Shown in pieces: positions 26,648 through 37,221 of a DNA stretch of 64,000 nt. The position numbers and the translations under genes were made by a program. The notes under the pieces were generated by a model. That model was not told the origin of the DNA and did not search any database. It saw nothing but the letters and a program-made list of their open reading frames with translations. Each line of letters opens with the position of its first letter. Position 1 is the stretch's first letter. Origin of the DNA: Podarcis gaigeae (lineage: Eukaryota); assembly GCA_964106915.2 (NCBI GenBank), contig OZ066919.1, one strand, 5' to 3'.

Positions 26648-26816
26648 CTGTATTTTTTGCACCATAACACTCACTTTTTTCCTCCTAAAAAGAAAGGGGA
26701 AATGTCTGTGCGTGTTATGGAGGGAATGCCTACGGGTAGCATGCCTACGGATTTTCCTCCTCTAAAAACTATGTGCGTGTTATGGTCAGGTGCGTGTTAT
26801 AGAGCGAAAAATACGG
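26648..26816. mobile_element. Tc1/mariner (Tigger/pogo-like) MITE
   Basis: TA-flanked; TIRs ctgtattttttgcaccataa / ttatagagcgaaaaatacgg; internal tgcgtgttat repeats. Confidence 0.8.
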
Positions 26817-27701
26817 TACTTTATCATTTTCAAGCATATGAGAGGCGATTCTGTGAAAGATTAGGCCTGGGGAGAAAGGGAGCAAGTGATCATGTGTGTG
26901 TCTTTCCTGAGTGTGTCCTGCATGCGCACCATCACGTGGCTGCAATGGGATGGAGCTTTGTCAACAAATTCTAAATCAGCAAGCCCCAAAAGAACACCGG
27001 TCACCAGCCCCAGCCCTACTCTGCCCCCTTAGGGCCTTTCTCCAACTTGGCATTGACTTCTTCCTTCCTGTCAGGAATCCACCTCCTGCCTGCTTGTAGG
27101 AGTCAGATGATGCTGGAGGCAAAAGCCTGCAGCTTTTCTCTGATGCTTCAAAAGGGTGAGATGGGAGGAGAATCACTTGCAATCTTGTCCAGTGCCGGCG
27201 ATGCTCCTCCAATGATGACTGAGTGTTCCTGAGACCAACAGAAATCACAGAAGAGAGAACACTGGGTGGTTTGTTTGGGTTTTCTTCATTGCTGCCAACA
27301 CCACCACAGCCAGGCTGTTATAAAAGACAATGGAACATTGGCGCAACAAAGGAAATTGGGCGGTTGACTTTCTTCTGCTTTGGTGCAGCTGTTGCTGCTG
27401 CCAAGAAAATCAGCAGAAGGCTGTTGGGCTTTACAGACCACTTGCCTACCCCTGCTCTAATTCTGCATTTCCTGGACAACCAGCGTCTTAACGATAGTGT
27501 AATGTGTCTTCTAAATTAATAATAATTAAGCAATTGTTCAAGAAGTGTTATATACTAACACTACCATCATTGAAAGAGGATTTTTGGTAGCATCAATAAA
27601 TTTTCACAATGCAAGATGAATTAGATGGCAGTTTTTCAAATGGGGTTCACTCAGACTAGAAAATCAAATTAAGATAAGATTTTGTTGAATCAGCGGCTTG
27701 C

Positions 27702-27843
27702 TTTGGACACCACACTAAGCCAAACCATGGCTTAGCTGCAAATGTGCAGGTTCCGGGAGAGGAGATTGTGAGTGCTGTGCTCCTCTCTGGCAATTCTACT
27801 GTTGTTGTGCTAAGCCGTGGTTTGACTTAGCACATTGTCCGAA
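27702..27843. mobile_element. Palindromic MITE remnant
   Basis: Arms ggacaccacactaagccaaaccatggcttagc..gagaggag and ctcctctc..gctaagccgtggtttgacttagcacattgtcc are reverse complements. Confidence 0.65.
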
Positions 27844-28959
27844 CCTGGGGTCATGATTTAGCTCTTCCGGAGAACCCATTAGCCTTAAATCATAGTACAA
27901 ACCTTGGTGGGAATGTGGTGCTGAATCAGAATCCTGTGCCTTTCCATGCAGAGCCTTAAAAAAACAAAAGGCTAAGCATAGAGAAACAACAGTGCCAAGT
28001 CAATTAAGATGACCGATTTTCTAGACAAAGGTCACACTTCAGGTCATTTAATTAAGATCAATTGTCAAGGCAGAAATTCTAGGGGAATCTATCAAATGGT
28101 TTATAGAAAATATGTTGCTACATAGTATGAAAGAAAAGCAAATCATAGTGATGGTGGTCCTAAGGCGTTAGGGTAAGGAGCTCTCTACTAGGAAGGATAA
28201 TCCCTCATCACATATCAAGTGCAGACGCTTGTTTGATTCTTCATAATATTTTAGTACCAAAAACAAGAAGGGGATGATAACAGCAGCAGAGGAAATTCAT
28301 ATTATCTCCAGTGTAGACAAATCTTGCTTTTATTTAAAGATTACTTAAACCAATGCTAAAAGGAAACAATAAAGGAGATCAGTAGTTTGCTTTCTTATAT
28401 ATGAATCCCATAACTGTATAGGAATAATTTTACTGCCCAGGAGTAATCACTAGAGAAATGTTTCTATTCTTACATATGTCCATCCCTAGGCCAGATAAGC
28501 CTCCAGGGAAAATCCCCTTGAGGAAGTAGAAAAGAGAGACTAGAGAAAACTAATAAGAAGAAGAGCTTAAGATAGCTAGATAGACTCACCTGGAACACAG
28601 CTGGTGGGATAACTAAAATAGTACTTAATTTTAATGTTGGATAGTATAATTACAAATATTGTTATCCAGGGAACAGGCTTATGTGAAAGGAGAATTCTCA
28701 TCACTATAAATGGGGAATTATTACTGTTATAAATCCGATTAAACCTTTTCAATACTCAGATCCATACTGAATGAGGGAGAATCTTGGGTGGAAAATCTGG
28801 AGGTGACAGCTAATACCATACCTAATGTTACTTTTTCACAGGAGACAACCACCTACGTTCTACAAACAGCTTAGGAAGTTGAGGTTTGGGGCATGGTGGG
28901 CAAGGATGGGCCAGAAGCTGTTCAGAATTGTTTCTTTAAGACCTTCAACACTATACACC

Positions 28960-29080
28960 AGTGTGATGCCTTGATGCCTTCCAGATGTTGCTGGACTCCA
29001 ACTCCCATCAGCCCCAGCCAGCATGGGCCAAATTGACAGGACTTTTAGTCCCAACACCATCTGGTGGATGCCACTTTGGC
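28960..29080. mobile_element. hAT-Charlie-type palindromic MITE, degenerate
   Basis: ccttccagatgttgctggactccaactcccatcagccccagcc..tagtcccaacaccatctgg; same family as 55443-55572 and 63058-63194. Confidence 0.65.
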
Positions 29081-29330
29081 CATTTATACACCCTTCTTCT
29101 TCTTCTTCTTCTTCTTCTTCTTCTTCTTCTTCTTCTTCTTCGTCTTCTTCTTCTTCTTCTTCGGTGATCACTCGTAGCCGAGTAAGATTGTCTTCCATAA
29201 ACAAGGTTTTAACAATGAGTCCGTAATCTCGCCCAACTCTTGCATTAAAATCACCCAGGAGGCTAATTTTATCTTCCTTAGGCATCTCTGATAGGACGGT
29301 ATCCAGCTGAGAGTAACATTCTTCTTTAAT

Positions 29331-29547
29331 TACAGATAGGTAGCCGTGTTGGTCTGCCATAGTCAAAAAAAAAAAAAAATCCTTCCAGTAGCACCTTAAA
29401 GACCAACTAAGTTAGTTCTTGGTATGAGCTTTCGTATGCTTGGTATGAGTTTTCGTATCTGAAGAAGTGTGCATGCACATGAAAGCTCATACCAAGAACT
29501 AACTTAGTTGGTCTTTAAGGTGCTACTGGAAGGAATTTTTTTTGTTT
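29331..29547. mobile_element. Penelope-like element remnant (inverted pseudo-LTR hairpin) nested in the RTE element
   Basis: 13-bp TSD attcttctttaat at 29318-29330 and 29548-29560; 54-bp perfect inverted arms at 29380-29433 and 29481-29534; gtagccgtgttggtctg and gcaccttaaagaccaac are typical of reptile Penelope pLTRs. Confidence 0.85.
29455..29492 (+). ncRNA. Minimal type I hammerhead ribozyme motif (Penelope-associated)
   Basis: GTAT-CTGAAGA-a-gtgtgcatgcacat-GAAA-GC-TC-ATAC: conserved CUGANGA and GAAA boxes, palindromic stem II, AGCU palindrome in place of stem III, 4-bp stem I. Activity not shown. Confidence 0.6.
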
Positions 29548-30629
29548 ATTCTTCTTTAATGTCTTCATCAGCATCCAGTGTTGGTGCATATGCGCTTATA
29601 ATAGTAGCCTGTTGGTTCTTGGTGAGCTTTATTTGAAGGGTTGAGAGTCGCTCATTAATGCAGGTAGGGACTTCTGACAGGAGCTTCACAAGGTCGTTTT
29701 TGATAGCAAAGCCTACCCCATGTATTCAATGTTCTTGTTCAGATAGACCTTTCCAGAAAAATGTGTAGCCTTCTTTTTCTTCCTTCAGTTGTCCCTCACC
29801 TGCTCTTCGAGTCTCTTGAAGCGCTGCAATATTGATGTTAAAACGTCACAGCTCTCTTGCAATGATGGCAGTTCTGTGTTCAAGACGTTCGCTGTCTGTG
29901 TTATTTGACAATGACAATATTCCATGTTCCAAAGTTCACCGCTAGGTGGTGACTCCACTGGGCACGCTAATCCAGTCAGGGGAAAAGGGAGGCAGACTAT
30001 GTTTAGGGCACCTTTTCTAGCCCCTCCCCCCCCTTTTGGGGTGAGCAGAGTGGATCCTAAAAAGGGATGCTCAGTCATGGATACAGCTGCCGAGCTGCTC
30101 AATTGCCTTGTCCCTTGAGTCAGAACAACTGAATCTGTGGCCTGGGACTATTGGGAAAGAAGGAGTTGGCAACAGCAACCAGAACGGAACTTATACACCC
30201 ACAACCATGATGAAAACCAAGAACAGTTTTATACTATAAAGATCTAAGCCCATCGTACCTTGCTATCATATTGGCTGATGTTGCATAGAGGAAGCAGGGT
30301 TACAAAAGACCTGCCACTAGAGCAACTTGCAAAAAAAAGCACCCAGAATAACTGAGCCAAGAAATCTGAAACTTATTTAAAATTCTGAAACAGATGTAAA
30401 ATGTAATGTTTATTTTAAATTATAAGTTAGTTCCAGATGAACTGAAAGATTTAACTGTTAATGTGGGCAGGAAGCAGGTCCCAAATTTGATAACATCAGG
30501 ATGTTCAATTGGATATGGAATATATTTTTACCTTGCCATCCGCAGAAGTGGTACAACTTCTTAAAAATATGCTCAGACATCCTATTTAACCACCTATCCC
30601 AAATGAAGGCTTCTAGACTATACCCAGGG

Positions 30630-30850
30630 AACCTCGTCTGGCACTGTCGTTGGGTACCTTTAGGAGCCAGGTAAAAGCATTCCTGTTCTCCCAGGCCTTT
30701 GGGCAATTGAACAATCTGTAGCTTTTTAAACTGTGTGTGTTGGGACGGCAGTGTGTGGGGGGGTACTGTTTGTTACTAAGGTATGTATTTTTGTGTTTTT
30801 ATATTGTAAACTGCCCTGTGGTTCTCAGATAAAGGGCAGTATAGAAATGT
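30630..30850 (+). mobile_element. L2 LINE 3' end
   Basis: ccaggtaaaagcattcctgttctcccaggccttt..attgtaaactgccctgtggttctcagataaagggcagtatagaaat; resembles the end of 54699-55147. Confidence 0.7.
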
Positions 30851-32458
30851 AGGTAGTAAGTTAAAATACCAGCAGCATAACTGAAAAGATGTGTCAAAAC
30901 TTCTATTAATAAATTGTTTGCATATATATGGTGAGCAATTTTTGAAGACTGTAGTGCATTATGTTATTCTACCATATATGGGTTGGATCCAAAATCTTTG
31001 GTCTTTGAATAGAAGGGCCCTTTGATGAGCAGTGGGGAATTTCCATTCATGGAGCAAAGACTGGATCTGACTCTATGTTCCCTAAGGAACACTTCTTTCA
31101 TAGATCATTTTCAGAAATGCAGCCTGTAATGACTTGGGAGAAAATCTGCTATTTGTTATCAGATAACAAAATGTCTCTTACACATAAAGTATGTTTGTGT
31201 TCGCTAGAAGAAGATAGGGGTGTGGAGGGGGGGATCAGCAACATGCAAAGCTTTGATCTAGAGCCATTTATGTTAACATATCATATAGCCAAAGATAAAT
31301 TAATTATCTTAGAGTATACCTTATTTCCTGTGGAACAGTGTTTATTTCATAAATCTTTTAAATTGTGGTAATTATGATTTTTGAACAAATAATCTTGCTG
31401 AGACTAAGCATGTCTGGGTCAGTGATTGGATGAGTAACCACACAAATCTTGGGTCTCATGGTGGAAAAAAGGCATAATACAAATGGAAGAACATAAATAG
31501 ATAAATGATATAAATACATAGAGTAGCATCTTCCTGATACATGTTTCCTGATCCAATGAAGGCTTCCATCTCCACAATGTGAGAGAGGAATTCCCCCTAT
31601 GTGCACCCAAATTCTGTTCCAGAGGGTTGGGAAAACCTTTCTGGAACAGAGTTAGAAGTGACATGAAAGGCTGCAGGCAGGAGGAAGACTTGGCAGAACT
31701 ATGACAAAACAACCCTAAATAGACAAAATAGCCTTCTGATAGAACAAGGGATACCATTCCACTCTGACTAAAAGTTCAGCAATACACAGGACGTGCCTGC
31801 TGAAATCTCAGAACTCATAAGGTGAAGGAAAAGATAGATTTGAAAGGAATAAAGAAGCAACACCTTAATGCTAAGAGAGAGCAAACAGGAAGAAAAAGAA
31901 TCACGTATCAGAATTCCAGAAGGACCAAACATATAATATGTGTGTATACCTTTGGCTCCTGTGTCACAGTTCAGAAAACAGAATGGCTCCATAAAATATT
32001 ATTACCCATTTATTAAATACTTATGTAAATTTATTAATACAAATGTATTAAGTTATTGATTAAATTTTTAAAATAAGAATGCAGTTAGCTCGAGTGGAAA
32101 AATCACCGTATGCAAACTTTACAGATTTATTTAAAACATTTCTATACTTTAATTCAAAATGTCCAGGGCATTTTCTAAAAGGCAGTCCTACAATCACAAG
32201 CTGTGCTCTACTTATGCATTTTGATTCTGTCCTGCCTTTTATTTCACTTATATTTCCTGCTCTTTCCAAGAGGAAACTCAAGGCAATGTCCACAGGGTTG
32301 ACTGGAGGTCTCTCATCTAGGACCAAACAAGACTTAGACCAGCTTTAGCTTTAGCTGCCTCCTGTGTTTTCAGATCACAGTCCTGACTATGCTTCTACAG
32401 GCTACTCGAATACTTTGCAGAACAAACTACACTTTAGCTTGACTATATCCAAACTCAC

Positions 32459-32519
32459 CATGTCTGCTAATGAATCGTATGCAGCTCTCCACCACCAGGG
32501 GAATCGCTTGGCTGGAATC
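32459..32519 (-). CDS. SRGAP2: SRGAP2 coding exon 13, 61 nt, phase 0-1; start of RhoGAP
   Basis: DSSQAIPLVVESCIRFISRH(G); acceptor ttgttcag|GAT, donor ATG|gtgagt. Confidence 0.97.
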
Positions 32520-34721
32520 CTGAACAACAAAAGGAGAAATATGCGATGAAAAGAATATTCAAATGATAGTGCAGCTTTAAAAAAATGATACAGTTCCGAA
32601 ATGAACATTCTTCGGAAAAGGCTACAGGTGGAGGGATACTTCCCATCACAAAATTCCTACACGGCAGACACTGTGCAATATATGCTTTCTTTGTGTATCC
32701 ACACACTGGGGGGAGTCATTAATAGCTATTGGATTTTCTGTATTTTAACTGCCAGAACACACTCAGTCTCTCGCACTCTCTCTCTCAAAGAAAGTCTAGG
32801 TTAAACCTGGAGTTGGAATTTATTCACCCTCATAGAGAATGCTTAAACAGGGATTATTGCCATTATTCAGTATTGTGGTTATATTGAAGGTGATAATTCC
32901 CTGCTGTTTCAGCTATCTTTTCATTATAGTACCTTAGTCTGCAATCCCCAGCATGGCTAGGGAGGACTGTGTGTATGTGGAAGGGGGCAGGAGGACAGCA
33001 ATAGAAATCTCTGCACCAACCTTTGAATAGGCTCCAATCAGGCCCCATAGTGCTGCGGTGGCAGTGGGGCTGGTTGGGCATCTAGGGGATGCCAGGCTGG
33101 CTCATATATCCCTCCTCCCCCAGAATGCTCCATTTTGAGGCTTTCCATCAGCAGGCAGAAGGGGGAGCTCACTATGGGGTGGAGGGATGCTGGGAGGAGC
33201 AGAGACAGGTAGGGTGTGACAAAGAGCTCCTGTCTCTAGCCCAAGCTGCTCCTCCACCCGCAAAGGGGGATTTGCAGCATTTGGTGTGACTTGACAGAAA
33301 ACAAACACTGGTGAATCCAATGAGAGATCTTAGAAGTTCTACTGAGTTTTTTTCAAGTGCGTAAACACAACCACACAGCCTCCAGAAATTAAGTGTTTCA
33401 GGTATTCAAAGATTGAGATTTGCAAGAGAAAAACACGTAGATGGCAGGAAACAACCCCCCCCCCCCATAAGGGCACTTAGAAAATAAAAGAGCCTCTAAT
33501 TTGTATAGCTTGGAAGGGTGAGGCAAGTATACAAATCATGGCAAGCCTTTCCGCCATTTCCCAACCATGTGCGTTATGTAAACAAAAATAAATAAAATCA
33601 AAGGCCTTACAAATCCTTTCATTCTACTCCAAAAAAGAAGAAGAAAAAGGCTTCATGGTACAGGAGGATAAAAGCAAACATTTGCATGCAACAAGGAATT
33701 GGATTTACAACGAGAAAAAGCTCATTGGAATTTTTACATATCTTATTTGGAATATGTTATGCCAAAATATTTTGTCTTTAATTTCTTCAGTGGCAAAGGT
33801 ATCATCAGTAATAGACACATGGAGCTGGTTATCCTGATATAGAATTGACTTCAAAATAGAAACAGACTACTTTATGGAGAAATTAACTTAATATTCCTGT
33901 ATGCTTCAAGTTATTAACAATATAAAAACCAACTACTACATGAACAAGTGAAGCCTCAAATCAAAACTGGCCTAGAAAAAGATATCAGGTCCTCCCTGTC
34001 CCATGACAATATGACCTAGCTTCTTTATTCTTGTGCCCAAATTACAATGCTGTAAATCATCCACCAGGGACAAAAAATATATATATTGGATTTTCTCTTA
34101 TTAGTGGAGCACACGTGCACATTTAACAAAATCCTATCTAGCAAAGCAGAAGAGGAAGGCAAGCTGAGCGGCCAAGAACCCTAGTAAAAAATTAGAGTAG
34201 ACAGAAGCAATAAGCTGAGTAGCATAAATGTGAGTATATAGGAGAATTATGATACACTGCTTATACTGGCTAAAGCCATTAGAGGGCAATAGCTTCAAAC
34301 TCAGAGGCCCCAGACAGTAGAGGATAAGGGGAGAGAACACACACACAAAGTGGGGAGGGCATGAAAGTTTTCATCTATATGAAACAGATCACACTGCTGT
34401 GTTACATCCAAGTGAGTCAAGGATAAATACTAAGCCTACAACAAAGTATACTAAAATATCATCAAGGGATGCTCTTGCCCAGGACCCTTTAGCCTGCCAA
34501 GGCCCCTCTCCCTCTCTGTGTCCCTGGAGTTCCAATGTCATGTGAAACAGCTTAGGACCACAGAGCAGCCCTGTCTATTGAACTCACTGACTATGCACTC
34601 AGTTATCTGAATACATTGTCTCAAGATGACCTGCCCACTCCAGAGCTTCCCCTGGACAATTTGAAAGCAATTGCTTTGTTTTGCTTACACTGTTTTTGAG
34701 CCAGAGTGTTGGCTTATGGCA

Positions 34722-34910
34722 CCAGGGGTGTCCAAACTTTTTTCAAAGAGAGGCCAGATTTGATGAAGTGAACATGTGGGAGGGCCGACTGAAGTTGTTG
34801 ACCTTTTTTAAACAATTTCCCCCAAAAGTTGTTGAGCTTTTTTAGGATTTTTGCCATAGAGGCTAGATTAGGCCCCCAAAACGGACTTTTGCACATGCCT
34901 CCCTCCCTCC
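34722..34910. mobile_element. hAT-type non-autonomous DNA transposon fragment
   Basis: caggggtgtccaaacttttttcaaagagaggccagatttg terminus; possible partner end actttgcacatgcct. Confidence 0.5.
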
Positions 34911-35495
34911 CAAGCAAATGGATCAGAGCGGAGTCTCTTACTAAGATCTATCTTCCCCTAGCATTCGGCTCAGCAAATCTACAACATATAGTATCATCTA
35001 GAGAAAAAGGAGGGAGAAGAGGAAAAAGCAAGAGATGTAGACAATTAAATATTCCCCATCAAGTATAGGCTTGAAGTTTGGAGGCCCTTATGTATCAGAT
35101 TGAGGCAGCTTGCTGTTGTATACTGTGGACATAATCACTCCCCAAAAGGGTTCAGTGTTGCTGCTAGTAATGACTAGGTCTGAGGCGTCTCTGAATAGAG
35201 AAGTGTTCATTTGGAGCTTCATAAGCTTAGTGATTTATCAAACACAAAACTAATATTGGTTTAGGTTTTTTCCTTGAAACAACAATCCATTATGCAGATT
35301 CTTTTGGGTAAGGAGGAGATTATGGGTTCCCTCCTTTGAGGACTGCACTTGGTGGCTGTCTTGATCTGGCCAAGGTAATTTGGGTTGGTCCCATCATTTC
35401 CCCCGCTATGAAATATTGGTGGCAAGAAATAACATCTGGCAATTATATAAATGGCATCAATTAATCTTTCTGTAATTGTATGAAGTCTTTATTAC

Positions 35496-35520
35496 CTGCT
35501 TCCTTATGGTAGAACTGCGT
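35496..35520 (-). CDS. SRGAP2: SRGAP2 coding microexon 12, 25 nt, phase 2-0
   Basis: (R)RSSTIRKQ; tandem acceptor caacagcag|A, donor CAG|gtaata. Confidence 0.94.
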
Positions 35521-35614
35521 CTGCTGTTGATCCCAAAGTCAAGACGAGCCATGATTGATCAAGGAGCAAGAAGAGGAAAAGAAAGCAAAGGCATATGTCA
35601 ACATAATCACTTAC

Positions 35615-35653
35615 AATCCAAATGCCACCTCACTTGGTATATAAATGGTTCTT
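35615..35653 (-). CDS. SRGAP2: Putative alternative 39-nt cassette exon of SRGAP2, phase 2-2
   Basis: Long pyrimidine tract plus cag acceptor, gtaagt donor, length divisible by 3, open in the required phase: (R)RTIYIPSEVAFG(L/F). No transcript evidence available here. Confidence 0.65.
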
Positions 35654-36807
35654 CTGGGGGGGGGGGGGAGAGGAGGCAGAAAAAAACCCACTCATTTACT
35701 CCTGACTTTCAGAAACATTAAGTGGTCTAAAATAAAAGCCCAAAATGGACGCAGCAAAGCTTATTGCTAACATAAGGCTATACTTAACCTTTTACTTCCA
35801 ACTGCAGAGAAACCCATTATAAACCTCCATCATTCTTGTGTCAGTTAGTGATAATTTACAGTCAGCACCACACTAAGGTAGGTGAGTTCTGCTGAGTGAT
35901 TTAGAACCACAATGGGGAGGAAAAAACACAAATTTGTTTCTCTTGTGGAGATTAATATAAACCTATTAATGTTTCTTTATTAAAACAAGTGCCCAAGAAA
36001 AGGAAAGTGACAGACAGATTAAACCACACTGAAATGACAAGCTATGTTACAAATGGCCTCGTGATTACTGTTTGTGTTCTCGGATGTTGGTGTATGATCC
36101 AAAGAGGAAGGAATGTCCTTTTATGGGGTTTTTTCCGCCAAGCCTTCTCCACTAGGGAGGGAAGGAAATGAGAACCTTTTGTATCATTTCTCTGTAGACA
36201 GTTCTTGTCCTGACTGCATTTCATTTGAGGGCAGAAGCACTTCAATTCTTTGTTAAGTGCAAGGAACTATACCACCAGACGGAGCTGATAGTTAAGCAGC
36301 ATACATATACCATTGCTATAAATAGTATGGGAGTAGCCTTACAAAAGAGTAAACAAGTTGTGTGATGTGCAGCCACCCATTCTGACCACATTCAGTGTGA
36401 GCTGAGGATGTTGCCTGGATAGAAAGCAATAACAGACTTTCCAGGCTGTGAATTTCTGAGGAGAAGCAGGAAGGGTACCTAGATGGTATATGCTTGGTAC
36501 CAACAGAAGGACTAAGAATCCTTCTCTGGAGTCCTGAAGGTCAATGGAAGTTCAGCTAGTCCTTTGTAATTCCCTTATTTAAGGATTTTTGCATGTTCCA
36601 TCTATGGAACTCAGGTACTTACTCAGCCATGTGAGTGGCTCATCCTGAGAATGTTTGAAGCTACATTTGGTGTGACTGTCTCACAGAGTTTTCTCTAACT
36701 TCTGTTGTGCCTGCTTTCATTGTAGAGAGGAACGCAGTAAGCTACCTTATATCTGTTGGAAGCTGCCCAGAGTGTCTAGGGCAACCCAGTCAGATGAGAA
36801 AAGTACA

Positions 36808-36861
36808 TAGGAGGAGGAGGAGGAGGAGGAAGAGGAAGAGGAGGAGGAAGAGGAAGAGGAG
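36808..36861. repeat. (AGG)n/(AGGAAG)n purine-rich repeat
   Basis: Visible directly; produces the poly-R/K in ORF 36707..37054. Confidence 0.9.
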
Positions 36862-36980
36862 AATCCAATCAAGCTCACTATTGTCTACAACACTGAGCAA
36901 CAGTGGCTGTCCAGTTTTAGGCCAGAGATTGAACCTGAAATCTTATAGCTCTAGCTATGCCCTTCTATTTGCTTCTCATA

Positions 36981-37221
36981 TAGTCGTACCTTGGCTTTCA
37001 AACAGCTTAGTTCTTGTACGTTTTGGCTCCCAAATGCCTCAAACATGGAAATGACTGTTACGGTTTACAAACTATTTTTGAAAGCCAAATGTCTGAAGGG
37101 GCTTCCGCTTGGCTGCAGGAGCTTCTGGCAGCCAATCAGAAGCCACACTTTGGTTTCTGAACGTTTTGGAAGTTGAATGGACTTCCAGAACAGATTCTGT
37201 TTGAATTCCAAGGTACGACTG
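36981..37221. mobile_element. Tc1/mariner-type MITE
   Basis: TA-flanked; TIRs tagtcgtaccttgg / ccaaggtacgactg. Confidence 0.8.

Larger units (their letters stand above)
29094..30190 (-). mobile_element. Internally deleted RTE-clade LINE (5'UTR and partial APE endonuclease fused to the 3'UTR and (GAA)n tail)
   Basis: 10-bp TSD ttatacaccc at 29084-29093 and 30191-30200; endonuclease motifs IAALQETR, GYTFFWKG, GVGFAIK, ISAYAPT, LLGDFNARVG, with two in-frame TGA stops; (GAA)n tail at 29094-29163. Confidence 0.9.

Noticed and set aside
28860-29366. 168-aa ORF with poly-Glu
   Set aside because: A chimera of the Penelope insert, RTE endonuclease, the (GAA)n tail and a MITE; not a gene.
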